From the IMG/VR virus record IMGVR_UViG_3300017721_001026, positions 64,001-128,000 of that record: a stretch of DNA of 64,000 nucleotides; one strand, written 5' to 3'. Below the pieces are notes generated by a model. It searched no databases, was not told the origin of the DNA, and saw only the letters and a list, made by a program, of their open reading frames with translations. Each line of letters starts with the position of its first letter. Position 1 is the stretch's first letter. The DNA comes from a virus (lineage: Duplodnaviria > Caudoviricetes). Below, piece by piece: positions 47,001 to 56,722 of the stretch. The translations under genes were made by a program, and so were the position numbers.

Positions 47001-48068
47001 CTGTGTACTATAATTTCCAGATGCTGTTTGCTTTAATTGAATTACATCACCATTATTACAAGTAGATGGAGATAGATCTGTATAATCTACTATTACCGTT
47101 CCATTTCGTGTAATTTGATATTCACCATTACCAGTAAAAGTTAATGGTAATGGGTTATTTCCACCAATATTATTATCTGCACCACTAATTGTAATTGAAT
47201 TGCTTTCATGAATTGTTCCGATGTCTACATTATCAACATCAGTAAATACAAAAGCATTAATTGTGGTATCTGCAGCTCTTGTTCTTATTTTAAATGTAGC
47301 TTGGAAAACACCTAGTTGTACTGTCGTGACTATAGTTCCATCACTACTTCCATTAGTAGATGCAAATGATTCACCTGGATCTTGATAGAAATTGGAAGTT
47401 GTATTTCTTAATTGTAATGTATCTCCATCAAATATCTTTCCCGAACTTACAAATGCACCACCATTAATACTTAATTCACCAGAACCTACGATAAAAATAT
47501 CGACACCAATCGTAGCATCAATACCAGTTACAGTAACAACATCACTATTAGTTAGGGTACTGATTTCTAGATTATCTAAGTCGATGAAATCAAATGGATC
47601 TGGATCGTCATCAAGTTCTCTAGTTTTAGCAACCCAACCTTCTGGTCCTCTTTTACCGATATTAACATCTACTGAATACGTTGCATTAAATGCAGCTATA
47701 CCAATAGATACTGGTAGAGTAAGCACTTCAAGTTCAATCTTATCCTTATTACGGACAATAACCCTATTATTCGGATCATTGCCAGGTAAAAAGGGTCCTG
47801 TGGGACCATATGAATCAGTTTCTTCAATATATGGAGTAACTCTAACAGAAGCAGCAATTCCTGCAGCAATTGCACCAGATGGTTGCTGTAGTTCCGCAGT
47901 TACTAGTGCCTTATAGTTAATTCCAGTAATAGTTACTGGAGTACAAGTCGCAGCTGTTCCTGGAAATACTTCTTCAACTTGTACAAAACTAAATGCGTCT
48001 GGATATTCATCCAGATTACCTCTCCATGATATATTAGATCCAGGACCCTGAGCACCAATTAAAGGCAT
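44007..48068 (-). CDS. virion adhesin-like protein (Ig-like repeats, Gly-rich C-terminus)
   Basis: Repeated PDxFxF..SNxITxxG units; AGGGAGG..GGGGGGA Gly-rich domain. Confidence 0.7.
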   Translation of the reverse strand: MPLIGAQGPGSNISWRGNLDEYPDAFSFVQVEEVFPGTAATCTPVTITGINYKALVTAELQQPSGAIAAGIAASVRVTPYIEETDSYGPTGPFLPGNDPNNRVIVRNKDKIELEVLTLPVSIGIAAFNATYSVDVNIGKRGPEGWVAKTRELDDDPDPFDFIDLDNLEISTLTNSDVVTVTGIDATIGVDIFIVGSGELSINGGAFVSSGKIFDGDTLQLRNTTSNFYQDPGESFASTNGSSDGTIVTTVQLGVFQATFKIRTRAADTTINAFVFTDVDNVDIGTIHESNSITISGADNNIGGNNPLPLTFTGNGEYQITRNGTVIVDYTDLSPSTCNNGDVIQLKQTASGNYSTQTDATLSVANQSDTFSVGTRPRPVDTIPNAFTFNDQTNVLRNELIYSNTITLAGMTAFGDEGTASISGSTGSDARYQVTRNGSIVQSWTNGSFGVQLGDQIQLRLLSATQSQGTASATFTVSGTNTFTILSGVNGSTTDTWNVTSKSRDCGISAFNLPNVSQASSTLNPGDQAKVEFTVGGTFEFDCNIIATTSNSNSFLKKKGTNLQGTTLNDVKIGDIIEVYMITPYFCETRTTTVSLSAAFTTSGSSQTANWTISPPSPPKPTLNLSATNLNPPFVFPDGGSTTVQYEYTHVTDSSVNATGPGGFGNLSSISVTTLGDQTKTGTRNVSNLQSGQSTFTLSVSNCTGTTTDSINVITGTPPAPTLFFCVNKNPPTSSCATTFNIKRNNSTKLYWSSTNAVKVQATKGTGFNTNDKQSGNDTVTPSSDGEVYTAKAFGAGVNPQTVSKSVTFRFKPSVTLTATPGNVTTGNNVTITWSSIDADKVISSSGLGFNNITALSGSTSVNMPNNGNYNWSITVKDDGTGETDNGNDSVTVVDDTTIDNYNMNPSSETNRNLGEKRESQPKFTSSPTNSVHGLSPGISVTAKVSGGGATFLNGSTTKTVSNGTSCNDLRIKMNASNSFNTTKTATMNIGGVSKTFKVKTKDCKVERGTYSVGGCTLNTTRFRGTQGDNRMGVTGVSNCNGTTGGKRETTTTGRIDRFQNQKNTSFILPAGTIAVEAKGIAGGGAGGKENTEEGAGGGGGGGAFKKEWNQAEGGDTIIFRAGRGGNGGGRSGESGESSYIQIRGTRQRDTAQADGGGGGDERGGGRGGSGRGAGSGDNGGSRRGDEGGHGGGAGRIYGGACSSGVADRGSRPCDQGGPGQGSGFGGECNGSNRQDRGREEGARGQDFGGGGSGGGCGNGGGSGGHGAVAIKYTISYEKATKVQVFLKIGAAYWDTRNYPPTGPEMGTWYNRYRDQPQNYQTLNALYSAISNSIKGTKSTNNRDNCGNSYTKLK

Positions 48069-48088
48069 TTATCAAATCCTCCGAAGTA

Positions 48089-51000
48089 TTATTGATATTG
48101 AGATTGAGAATATAGAACGTCAAAGTCATTTACTGGATCACCAGTACTGTTCTTTCTGACTAACACATAAGTATATAGATCTATACTGTTCGCATTTCCA
48201 GTATTTATAGCCAATGAACCGTAATATCTTGGAGACATTCTGATATCATCGATATAAACTTCATCATTGTAATATGGTGTTGGACCTTGTTTCGTGGTTA
48301 TAGCAACGGTAATAGATTCACTAACTTCTAAGAACTCAGTTAGTGCAAGTCCTGCACGTGCTCTCATGTTCACTGCCCAGTTAGCACCAGCATCTTGTGT
48401 GAAGTAGTAGATAGAAGATCTATCTAGATCAACCTCAACAATTGTAGTACCAATACCGATGACTGTAGAGTTATCTAGAGTGGTGTTTTCAATGATTTCA
48501 AACACCTTCATGGTGCCTCTGATTTCTGCATTGCCTTGAACATACATGGCAACGTCTGGTTTGGAACTATTCGTAGAACCAAAACCTACATTACGAGTGG
48601 TATGAATACCTGTTGCATCAATTGCCCAGATGTCAGACACGTCAGTGAGACCAGATCCATCACCTGTAAATGTACCGATGAAGTATCCACCAATCTCAAA
48701 TACATCTGTTTTATTGGAAATAGCACCCCAAGGATACCAATCATTATCAGTTGTGTAGCACCAACCAGCATTTTGACCTCTGAATGGGTTGCCGTTGAAG
48801 ATAATATCACCTGGGTTTCCTGCACCTTCTCCGACAAGTTCTACAGAAGATGCTGGTTGGGTAACACCTACAGTGTACTTTCTAGAAACCGTCTCATTAC
48901 CTTGTAGGAATAGACTTGGAGATTCTAATCCTTTATTTGATGTAACAGTAAGTTTATTATTAACAAGAAGTGGACCATCAAACTGTGAAATAGTAGTTTT
49001 ACTATCACCACCATCAACTCTTACAGCATCAGAGACATTAACTTCAGATGCTTTAATGACATTGAATCCAAGTTTAGTGTCTGGAATCTGTTTAGATTCA
49101 CCTCTAAATCTGGGACGTGGTGTGGAGAACACTTCTTCATCACCTGCAGTAGTAATGACTCTCTTATTAGAGATATAGAAGTCACCATCACTATTCATAC
49201 CAGTATAAACAACAAATCCACCTTCTTCTTGGAATGATTGGGAAAGAACTTCTTCTGAAGCACTCAACTGACGATCATGACGATCTGGGAATGCAGTAGA
49301 GTAGTTACCAGGACCATAACCAAGATATTCAAAAGTATGACCAGATGCACGAATAATAGAGTGCCTTCTAAACTCAATTGGTTTTGATATGATTCTTCTG
49401 AGTGCAGATCCACTGGTATGTGCTTCTGCTTGTGTTCCTAAAAGACCTCTGTAAACTTTAACTGGGTTTCCAGTCACAGTTTGCTTAATCCTCATAATTT
49501 CACTATCAATTATAATATAATCACCAATTTCTAAATCTAGATCATCTAGATCAGTGACATTCATATTTGTATCAAGTTTTGTCATTGCAAGTGCAAGACT
49601 TCCATAAAGATTACCATATGGAGTTGAGAGTCTACTGCTGAAACTTTCATCACCAGTAGTAATTTCTCCACCTTTAGCACCTAACGTAGTAGGATATATT
49701 ACTGGTGATCCACCAAGAGTAATAGATGGTAGTGTTGAAACACCGACATTAATAACAAGTTCAGATAGGGAATCAACTCTCTGAATTAAGAATGGTCCGT
49801 TGAATGCTTCACTGTCTCCTGTTGCACCACCAATAAAGACCTTATCATTAACTTGCAATCCATGTGGATTGATTCCTGTGGTGAATGTGGCAATACCTGT
49901 TGCTGGAGTGAAATCTGATGCAGTGATATTAAATGATGGTCCATTCAAATATGCAAATGCATCAGATGCGTTTGTTTCACCAATACCACCAAGTGTCGAT
50001 CCAATACCAACTGGAGTCGAAGATATTACATCAAAACTTCGAGTTTCACCATCGTCAACAGTATTAATTTCATATGTTGTATTATAATCATGATACAATT
50101 CACTAATTCTTTCTAGTGTGAGTGAGTCACCAATGTTACTGTAAACTTTGGTTACTCTTACAGTACCTGCAGTATGTCCAGTTGTTGTAGCAATACCAAC
50201 AACAGACATAGTGTTTCCTACACCATATGCAGAACCACCATCCATGATAAAGACACTAGAAAGTGTTCCTGCAGATGACACCTGCACCCTTGCTGTTGCA
50301 TTTTCACCAGTAATCGATCCACCAAAACCAACTAATTTTGCATTATAGAGGTTTTCAGTAACACCAATACCAGTTCCGTAGTTTGTTCCTGGGTCAACAA
50401 CTTCAACTTTAACAATTCTGTTTAAACCATGATCATTTTTAGTGAAGATTGTATGTCTGTAACCATCAACTTCATCTTCAGAAAGAATGTCAGTGACACC
50501 AATACCAACACCATAATTTTCTAGAGTAGAAATTACTGTTTCTTTTGTAATACTCTTCTCTGGATCATTGATGACAACCTTACCAATTGGATCTGCAACA
50601 GCAAAACACTTAGAAGCATATGGATCAGAGTTTGGATTATCTCTATCATATTCTGGATATAGATTATCAAGAGGTTGTAACAGTTTTACATTATTAAATG
50701 GTGATACATTTGGTGTGCTTGAAGAATTAACAACAGTTAGATGATATACACCATCCTGTTCATTTTGCACATACCTCTGGATTTCATCAGATTTGTAAAC
50801 AACGAAAGTTCCTTCGTGCTTTTTCTTCTTCAGTTTTGGAAGGTTTTGATTGCGAATGGAAGTATCTGATGTGAAATCACCAGGATTTGTTGCAACACTA
50901 ACCTTAAATTCCTTTCTACTTATAATATCTGATACATCAAATGTTCCATTAAATCCTATATTTGCTTTTCCTGTGGTATTAAATCCACTGGTTGTATTAG

Positions 51001-53650
51001 TGATTTCTACCTGAGATCCAGAAGTTAAATTGTGTGGAAGTTCAGTTCTAATAGTTGCTTTACTATCAATAGAACTCCATTCAGCATCTGCAATGAACTT
51101 AAAGTTTCTGAACTCGGTTGAATTTGATAGTGTTTGACTATCAAAACTTAGATACTTTTCAACTTCTGCATTAGATGTACCATCGATGTTATTTGATTCC
51201 TGTAGGATAAATCCATCAACAGGAGGTCTACCTAATATTGGAGAATCTTTTGGTAGAACATAACGCATCTTATAGATGCTTGCTTCAATGTTTCTATCAG
51301 TTGGTTTTCTTAAGACGAAAGTTCTTGGAGTCGTCTCACCCAATTCTGCAACACCTCTGTCGAAAAGTTGCTTATAAATGCTTGCATCAGTGCTACCAGT
51401 TGATACATTAATATACCATTGACTCTGTGTTGCATCCCACTGAACTGGGTGTCCAAGATCTCCTGCAGATTTGTCAGATACTCTACTTACAACACTAAGA
51501 ATACCACCAGTGTTATTAAGAGTAATTGGGATATCATTGTTTGCATCATTTAGAGTTGCAGCAAGTTTTAATTGATTTGCTCCAAGTGCTGGATTAGGAG
51601 CAATTGCTGTAGTAATTACATGATATACTCTTTCTTCTTCAACACCATCAGGTAGTCCACCATTTTCACTAATAACTCTAACTGTTTCTCCATTTAGGAA
51701 AGTATGATTTCCCTGTAGAGTGATTGTGTTAGATGAAATGACGTTTACGCCAGCAGTTTGCTTAACTTTATGAATTTTTTCAGATATCTTTTCATCACTA
51801 GTGTCTTCTGTGTTGGGCATTACAACTTTAGAGTGATAAGTTGTAATTTCGTTTCCTTCTGCAAGAAGAACTTTTAGTGCTTCATTTTTATTAGAACCAA
51901 CACGATATCCATCAATAACTGTTGCTGGTGGAACATCAAAGTTATTCTCTTCATACAAGAAGAGTTTACTGGTTGTTGCAATACCTACAGAAGTAGTGAC
52001 TCCTACGTCAATACCTAGGAATTCGATACCTGCCTCAACAGACTCAATTTCTTTTGGTGAAACTACGTGTGAAATATAACCAATATCGTCTCTTGCGAAT
52101 GCATCTGGACGGAATCCTCTAGAAACAAGAGCTTTAGCACCAAAGTTAGAGTTGGAGTTAGTGATAGACGCATCACCACCAGACTCTAATAAGAAGTGGT
52201 TATTGAAACCAATTGCAAAGACCGAAACGATCTGTAGTAGTGAATTGTTACTACACTTAATATGGAAGTTTTCGTATGATGGTTTAAATCTTGCTTCGGA
52301 GTCTGTATGAATATTTTCATTACCTGCAGCAAGAGTTCCTTCATATAATCCAGTAGTTGAATTATACTTAACAAACGCATTATCATCTTTCTGAAGTCCA
52401 ATTCCCGTGAATTGAGCTAGAACCATGGATTTGAATCCAGTTGCCTTAGATCCATCTGCATGAAGACCACACATACCAAAAACAGATCTCAAAGATATGT
52501 TAAAGATATATGGTGATGCAGAAGTAACAGTGTCAACAGAGATATTCAGAGTTGCACCTGAAGTTGTTGCTGGTAGTGCATTATCTGGTGGAACAGATAC
52601 TTGATACTTAATCTCTGTAGTTGACAGAACTTCAAATACAGCAAATTGACCGTCATATCCAGAATCAGCAATACCTTCAATACGAATTGGAGTATTTACA
52701 TCTAGTCCAGGAACTGCATTCTCTAAGGTGACTGTAATTTCTGTTGTGGATATAGCACCATCACCTGCCTTAATACTGGTAATTCCTACTTCAGCACCAG
52801 TAGAACCAACAATACGAAATTCATCAATCTTTGGTTCAATGTCTAGAGTATCGGAAGGATAATCGGGAGAAACTTCTCTTCCAGATGGTTTACCATATGC
52901 GAAACCAACCTTTTGATAATACATCTCAAGGTCAGTATTTGAATCATCATAGACTAGGAAGTCATCATTGATAGATACACCGTTTACACCATCAGCATAC
53001 TCAAAACAAGCGAGTTTGTGGTGTGAGAAGTTGGGAACAAATGCGTTAGTTGTGTAATCTTTATATACCGTACCAGTCTGATCACCATCAAAGATGGAGA
53101 ACTGCCACATATAACAAGCACCAGTTAAACGGAAGACAGCACTTCTTGCAACCTGGTCGTTTTCTGGATTGGGAACATATTTGGGAATAATTTTAGTCTT
53201 TCTTAGGTCAAGACCTACAAGTGATGTACCTCTAGGAATGATAACACCACCATGAACACTGTTAATTTTATATAATGCATTATTAGGACTGTCTAAATCA
53301 AAATTACTGTTAACATCTAGTGGTGGGAAATCATCAGAAGTAGTACCAGACCTAAGTCTATATGTATTTGCTATTTGATCTTGAATTGGTATCCATCCTG
53401 GTCTATTATCTACGACGTGCTCACCAGGATATAGTAGAATAGTAGTTCTACCAAATCTATCGTTATTTTCTCCTGCTTGATAGGAGAATCGTGCTGCTTC
53501 TAGCAGTGCTCTTTGAATTGTTTTAAATGGTCTTGCTAAAGAGTTTCCTTTATTCTCAATACTATCAGTAGAATCCAAACTTGAAGGATCTACATAAAGA
53601 ATCTCACCTTTGGTACTCTTTAGAAAATTATCCAGACGACTAAGACCCAT
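48089..53650 (-). CDS. large virion structural / baseplate-tail protein
   Basis: 1853 aa; ILYVDP..RPFKTIQRAL beta-helix-type N-terminus; HGL/GDxV repeats; late promoter at 53680-53687. Confidence 0.75.
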   Translation of the reverse strand: MGLSRLDNFLKSTKGEILYVDPSSLDSTDSIENKGNSLARPFKTIQRALLEAARFSYQAGENNDRFGRTTILLYPGEHVVDNRPGWIPIQDQIANTYRLRSGTTSDDFPPLDVNSNFDLDSPNNALYKINSVHGGVIIPRGTSLVGLDLRKTKIIPKYVPNPENDQVARSAVFRLTGACYMWQFSIFDGDQTGTVYKDYTTNAFVPNFSHHKLACFEYADGVNGVSINDDFLVYDDSNTDLEMYYQKVGFAYGKPSGREVSPDYPSDTLDIEPKIDEFRIVGSTGAEVGITSIKAGDGAISTTEITVTLENAVPGLDVNTPIRIEGIADSGYDGQFAVFEVLSTTEIKYQVSVPPDNALPATTSGATLNISVDTVTSASPYIFNISLRSVFGMCGLHADGSKATGFKSMVLAQFTGIGLQKDDNAFVKYNSTTGLYEGTLAAGNENIHTDSEARFKPSYENFHIKCSNNSLLQIVSVFAIGFNNHFLLESGGDASITNSNSNFGAKALVSRGFRPDAFARDDIGYISHVVSPKEIESVEAGIEFLGIDVGVTTSVGIATTSKLFLYEENNFDVPPATVIDGYRVGSNKNEALKVLLAEGNEITTYHSKVVMPNTEDTSDEKISEKIHKVKQTAGVNVISSNTITLQGNHTFLNGETVRVISENGGLPDGVEEERVYHVITTAIAPNPALGANQLKLAATLNDANNDIPITLNNTGGILSVVSRVSDKSAGDLGHPVQWDATQSQWYINVSTGSTDASIYKQLFDRGVAELGETTPRTFVLRKPTDRNIEASIYKMRYVLPKDSPILGRPPVDGFILQESNNIDGTSNAEVEKYLSFDSQTLSNSTEFRNFKFIADAEWSSIDSKATIRTELPHNLTSGSQVEITNTTSGFNTTGKANIGFNGTFDVSDIISRKEFKVSVATNPGDFTSDTSIRNQNLPKLKKKKHEGTFVVYKSDEIQRYVQNEQDGVYHLTVVNSSSTPNVSPFNNVKLLQPLDNLYPEYDRDNPNSDPYASKCFAVADPIGKVVINDPEKSITKETVISTLENYGVGIGVTDILSEDEVDGYRHTIFTKNDHGLNRIVKVEVVDPGTNYGTGIGVTENLYNAKLVGFGGSITGENATARVQVSSAGTLSSVFIMDGGSAYGVGNTMSVVGIATTTGHTAGTVRVTKVYSNIGDSLTLERISELYHDYNTTYEINTVDDGETRSFDVISSTPVGIGSTLGGIGETNASDAFAYLNGPSFNITASDFTPATGIATFTTGINPHGLQVNDKVFIGGATGDSEAFNGPFLIQRVDSLSELVINVGVSTLPSITLGGSPVIYPTTLGAKGGEITTGDESFSSRLSTPYGNLYGSLALAMTKLDTNMNVTDLDDLDLEIGDYIIIDSEIMRIKQTVTGNPVKVYRGLLGTQAEAHTSGSALRRIISKPIEFRRHSIIRASGHTFEYLGYGPGNYSTAFPDRHDRQLSASEEVLSQSFQEEGGFVVYTGMNSDGDFYISNKRVITTAGDEEVFSTPRPRFRGESKQIPDTKLGFNVIKASEVNVSDAVRVDGGDSKTTISQFDGPLLVNNKLTVTSNKGLESPSLFLQGNETVSRKYTVGVTQPASSVELVGEGAGNPGDIIFNGNPFRGQNAGWCYTTDNDWYPWGAISNKTDVFEIGGYFIGTFTGDGSGLTDVSDIWAIDATGIHTTRNVGFGSTNSSKPDVAMYVQGNAEIRGTMKVFEIIENTTLDNSTVIGIGTTIVEVDLDRSSIYYFTQDAGANWAVNMRARAGLALTEFLEVSESITVAITTKQGPTPYYNDEVYIDDIRMSPRYYGSLAINTGNANSIDLYTYVLVRKNSTGDPVNDFDVLYSQSQYQ

Positions 53651-53713
53651 TGTATTAACGCGTTAAATTCCTATAGGTCTATTTATCAATATAATTATAG
53701 TAATAATTTATAA

Positions 53714-53806
53714 TGGAAGTGGTGGGACTCGAACCCACAACCGCGCACTAATCTGGTGCATACAGAAGGTATAAGCTTCTCGCTCTGCCAATTGAGCTAC
53801 ACTTCC
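53714..53806 (-). tRNA. tRNA-Ile(UAU) with a 25-nt variable region; CCA not encoded
   Basis: GGAAGTG/CACTTCC acceptor, GCTC/GAGC D-stem, AGAAG-CTTATAC-CTTCT anticodon arm, GTGGG-TTCGAGT-CCCAC T-arm. Confidence 0.85.
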
Positions 53807-53811
53807 GAAAT

Positions 53812-54369
53812 TTATTTGAACCGTGGTCCACCCATCCAACCAACTAAAGAAAATCTATTTCCACTTTTTATTTTCCTAACTCTATGTTGTATTATTGATG
53901 GAAACACCAACACATCACCACAATCAAGTTTAAATGAATCTTTGAATTCAGATGCTGGATAAAATATTTCAAGTTCACCACCTTCATAATCATCCTTTGA
54001 TGATAAGCACATTACAACACTCAATTTTCTAGTGAATTCTTGAGATAAAATCTCAATGTCTGCATCTATGTGCCAGTTGTAAAAATCACCTTCGTTATAT
54101 TGAGTAAATTGTATTTTCTTTCGATACCCATCAATGTCAAAGTTAAAATAATGTTTATTTGCACTAAGTACAAAATGTGACATCATTCCAGCAATCCAAC
54201 TATCATTATCAATCCAATTAACTTTAGACTTCCTATGTTTTGGATTTACATTACCGTCACCAAGTCCAACATAAGCATCTTCTAAATCAATTCGATATTC
54301 TTTGATAATTTCATCACAAATACTTTTAGGAATTTGTGATGGGATTTGGTAGTAATTGAGGAGTGTCAT
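53812..54369 (-). CDS. 2OG-Fe(II) oxygenase (prolyl-hydroxylase-like)
   Basis: YNWHID..RKLS..YEGGEL..FPS..HRV..RFSLVGW. Confidence 0.85.
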   Translation of the reverse strand: MTLLNYYQIPSQIPKSICDEIIKEYRIDLEDAYVGLGDGNVNPKHRKSKVNWIDNDSWIAGMMSHFVLSANKHYFNFDIDGYRKKIQFTQYNEGDFYNWHIDADIEILSQEFTRKLSVVMCLSSKDDYEGGELEIFYPASEFKDSFKLDCGDVLVFPSIIQHRVRKIKSGNRFSLVGWMGGPRFK

Positions 54370-54520
54370 CTATTTTCCAAGTGGGTGGGTGAAAAACACA
54401 GTATTCATTAAATGTTATTTTCATTTCCTTTTCTGTTAATCCACAATTTTTTGCTGCTTTTGGAAGATTCCATTTTGCCGAAAATAGCATTTCCATTGAC
54501 TCTCTTGTTTCTGGTCTCAT
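54326..54520 (-). CDS. hypothetical protein (WNLPKAAKNCGLT, HTH-like)
   Basis: ORF track. Confidence 0.7.
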   Translation of the reverse strand: MRPETRESMEMLFSAKWNLPKAAKNCGLTEKEMKITFNEYCVFHPPTWKIDDTPQLLPNPITNS

Positions 54521-54580
54521 AATTTTGAAAACCTCTCATATGAAAAAATTGTGGGGATTTTTTTGCCCCGATTTTTGGAT

Positions 54581-55039
54581 TTAAAACCCGTTTTCCTTTT
54601 GGAGTTCATAATATGTTGGTGAACCCCACTCAAGTTTACTGCCTTTCCATCCTTGATCCATACTACGATAAGTATATCCATCAAATTCTACGAAACTTTT
54701 AAGTGTTGTTTCACGAATGCTTGGATCTGGATTAATCAATTCACCTTTATAGAACGTATCTGTAAGTATGAACTTCATATCGAATATAGGATTATGAGTC
54801 CAAGAGATTCCCCAGTTCTCAACAATGATAGAATCATCTTTTGCCACGATCTTATGGCATCGAGAACGATAGGGTCTTGATTCTCCCTCATGATCATACC
54901 ATTGTTTAATGGTCATCCTACCTCCTTCACGAAGGTCTGTCCACTCAATATGAACATGAGAGTGATCTCTGGGACTTGATTGTGCTTGTCTTAAATTATT
55001 ATACTTTCCTGCTAATTTTGATATGAACTCTTCAATCAT
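54581..55039 (-). CDS. cpeT: CpeT/CpcT-type phycobiliprotein lyase
   Basis: LAGKYNN..QA..P..H, QWY..PYR, SMDQG..WGS..YE. Confidence 0.8.
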   Translation of the reverse strand: MIEEFISKLAGKYNNLRQAQSSPRDHSHVHIEWTDLREGGRMTIKQWYDHEGESRPYRSRCHKIVAKDDSIIVENWGISWTHNPIFDMKFILTDTFYKGELINPDPSIRETTLKSFVEFDGYTYRSMDQGWKGSKLEWGSPTYYELQKENGF

Positions 55040-55224
55040 GCTGCTACATTTGGTTTGGTGTAGAAAATCATTTCTTCGTCAACCTTATCACGGACAACCT
55101 TGAAAACATTCATAAACTCATCATATGTATTACACTCAATAACTTTCTCATTGCCTTGGGTTGAGAACAAAGTGAAATGCCTCTTACTCATATCGATGAG
55201 GACTGAATTGATGTACTCTTCCAT
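55036..55224 (-). CDS. hypothetical protein
   Basis: Start moved to MEEYINS; ATGA coupling to cpeT. Confidence 0.7.
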   Translation of the reverse strand: MEEYINSVLIDMSKRHFTLFSTQGNEKVIECNTYDEFMNVFKVVRDKVDEEMIFYTKPNVAA

Positions 55225-55259
55225 GGTGTTCCCTGGTTTACCCACGTATTATAGCAGGA

Positions 55260-55883
55260 TCAGGGATCCGTGTCAACCTCTGCTTGCTCGATGACTAGTG
55301 AATCGATATCCTTACGTTCTCCGTAGATATGATAGAAACAGTCTATTGGCATACCACCTTGTGCTTGAAGATGTACTTTTTCGGCATCAAGTCTTTTTAT
55401 AATAACATTTTGATGAGCACCAATGGGTGTTAGTAAAACAGTCATTGTCCTAACATCTACAAGATCTTTCCAATATGCAGGGAGACTAATTTCTTTCTGA
55501 TTGGTTACTCGACCACGAACATATACACCATATTCTGGTCCTTCAAGGCATCCGTGCCATAACCGAACACCTTCTTTATTAGGTGATGGGTGTGGAATAT
55601 TGAATGCTTTCGAGTTTGAACTGAATGATCCAGCAGACACTAAACCAGAAAATGTTGCAGTTGTTCCTGTTAAAGGACCAGCAAGAGTTAGTGATGTAGT
55701 AACTGTAAAATTATCAATCTTTGCAGTGGAATAATATCTATTTGGACAAGCCTCTGTTGGATAATCCTCTTCTGCAAGTAGAAACTGTTTAGTAATGTAC
55801 TGATCAAGAGCAGATGGAACTCCATATGCTGCTCTATCTGCACAATCGGGACCATCAGGTCTGCTTCCTGGTGTAAATGTCAT
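55260..55883 (-). CDS. tail/baseplate protein with an intramolecular-chaperone-like C-terminal domain
   Basis: FNIPHP..RLWHGCLEGPE.GVY.RG..LP.YW. Confidence 0.65.
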   Translation of the reverse strand: MTFTPGSRPDGPDCADRAAYGVPSALDQYITKQFLLAEEDYPTEACPNRYYSTAKIDNFTVTTSLTLAGPLTGTTATFSGLVSAGSFSSNSKAFNIPHPSPNKEGVRLWHGCLEGPEYGVYVRGRVTNQKEISLPAYWKDLVDVRTMTVLLTPIGAHQNVIIKRLDAEKVHLQAQGGMPIDCFYHIYGERKDIDSLVIEQAEVDTDP

Positions 55884-56716
55884 TATTTTTCCTCAATGTT
55901 GTTTAAATTTTCTTTAACCATGTCTTTAATCAATCCTTCAACATAGTTATGTTCAAAGTTGAATGAGTATCCTTCGTTTCCTCCAGGATAATCTTCATGT
56001 GATTCACCCTCATATTCTACTATAAGATCGTCATCAAGTCTACGGGCAACAATGTGGTAATCACCACTGATAGGTCCACCAAGATTATTTCTTACAACAA
56101 CTTGCCTTCCCCATCTAATTTCTTGAACGAATAGTTCTTGCCAAGTTCCAAACGGTGTTAAATTAATGGACATATCTTCTTTATTGACGAGACCATCCCA
56201 GAAAGATGGAAGTTCAATAACACCATTTGGTGGAATCTTTCCTCTACAATATACAGCAATCTCTGGACCTTCTATACAAACGTGCCTCAATCTCCACCCA
56301 TCTTTATTTGGATGAGGCATATCAAATGGCAAATCCTTCTTAAGTGCAAGAACATGTCTTCCACAACTACCTATAACCATTCCTTGTGCTAAAACGTTAG
56401 CACCTACGACTGCATTGGTGGCAACATTAAGATCACCCAGAATACCAACACTACCCAAGACTGCTAATGAGAATGGGTTTGCGGGTGGTCCATAGCAGAA
56501 CCCACCAGGAATGAATGGTGGTGGTGAATCGGGATTGATTAGAGGACCAATATTGACTGTACCAAAACAAAGAGGGAATGGTGTGCCAACATTCATTGGT
56601 CCTTCAATGAATGCGGAACCTCGAACTCGTGCAGGTCCAAGTCCAAAAAATGGAACGACACCTAGACCAACGTTGAGTTGATGTTGAATAGTTAAATCAT
56701 CGACTGACCATGCCAT
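55883..56716 (-). CDS. tail/baseplate protein with an intramolecular-chaperone-like C-terminal domain
   Basis: FDMPHP..RLRHVCIEGPEIAVY.RG..LP.FW; paralogous to the neighbour. Confidence 0.65.
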   Translation of the reverse strand: MAWSVDDLTIQHQLNVGLGVVPFFGLGPARVRGSAFIEGPMNVGTPFPLCFGTVNIGPLINPDSPPPFIPGGFCYGPPANPFSLAVLGSVGILGDLNVATNAVVGANVLAQGMVIGSCGRHVLALKKDLPFDMPHPNKDGWRLRHVCIEGPEIAVYCRGKIPPNGVIELPSFWDGLVNKEDMSINLTPFGTWQELFVQEIRWGRQVVVRNNLGGPISGDYHIVARRLDDDLIVEYEGESHEDYPGGNEGYSFNFEHNYVEGLIKDMVKENLNNIEEK

Positions 56717-56722
56717 AATTAT

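Noticed and set aside
30581-50348. Long plus-strand ORFs (e.g. 34085..34768, 42844..43467, 47392..47916)
   Set aside because: Antisense shadows of Gly/Thr/Ser-rich fibre genes, with no motifs or RBS.
53739-53763. Extra tRNA sequence as an intron
   Set aside because: It lies at the variable-arm position, forms a short stem and is too small for a self-splicing intron.
54550-54576. GGGG-N8/9-CCCC hairpin (similar element at 24-46) as a terminator
   Set aside because: The stem is short and weak; not enough support to call.
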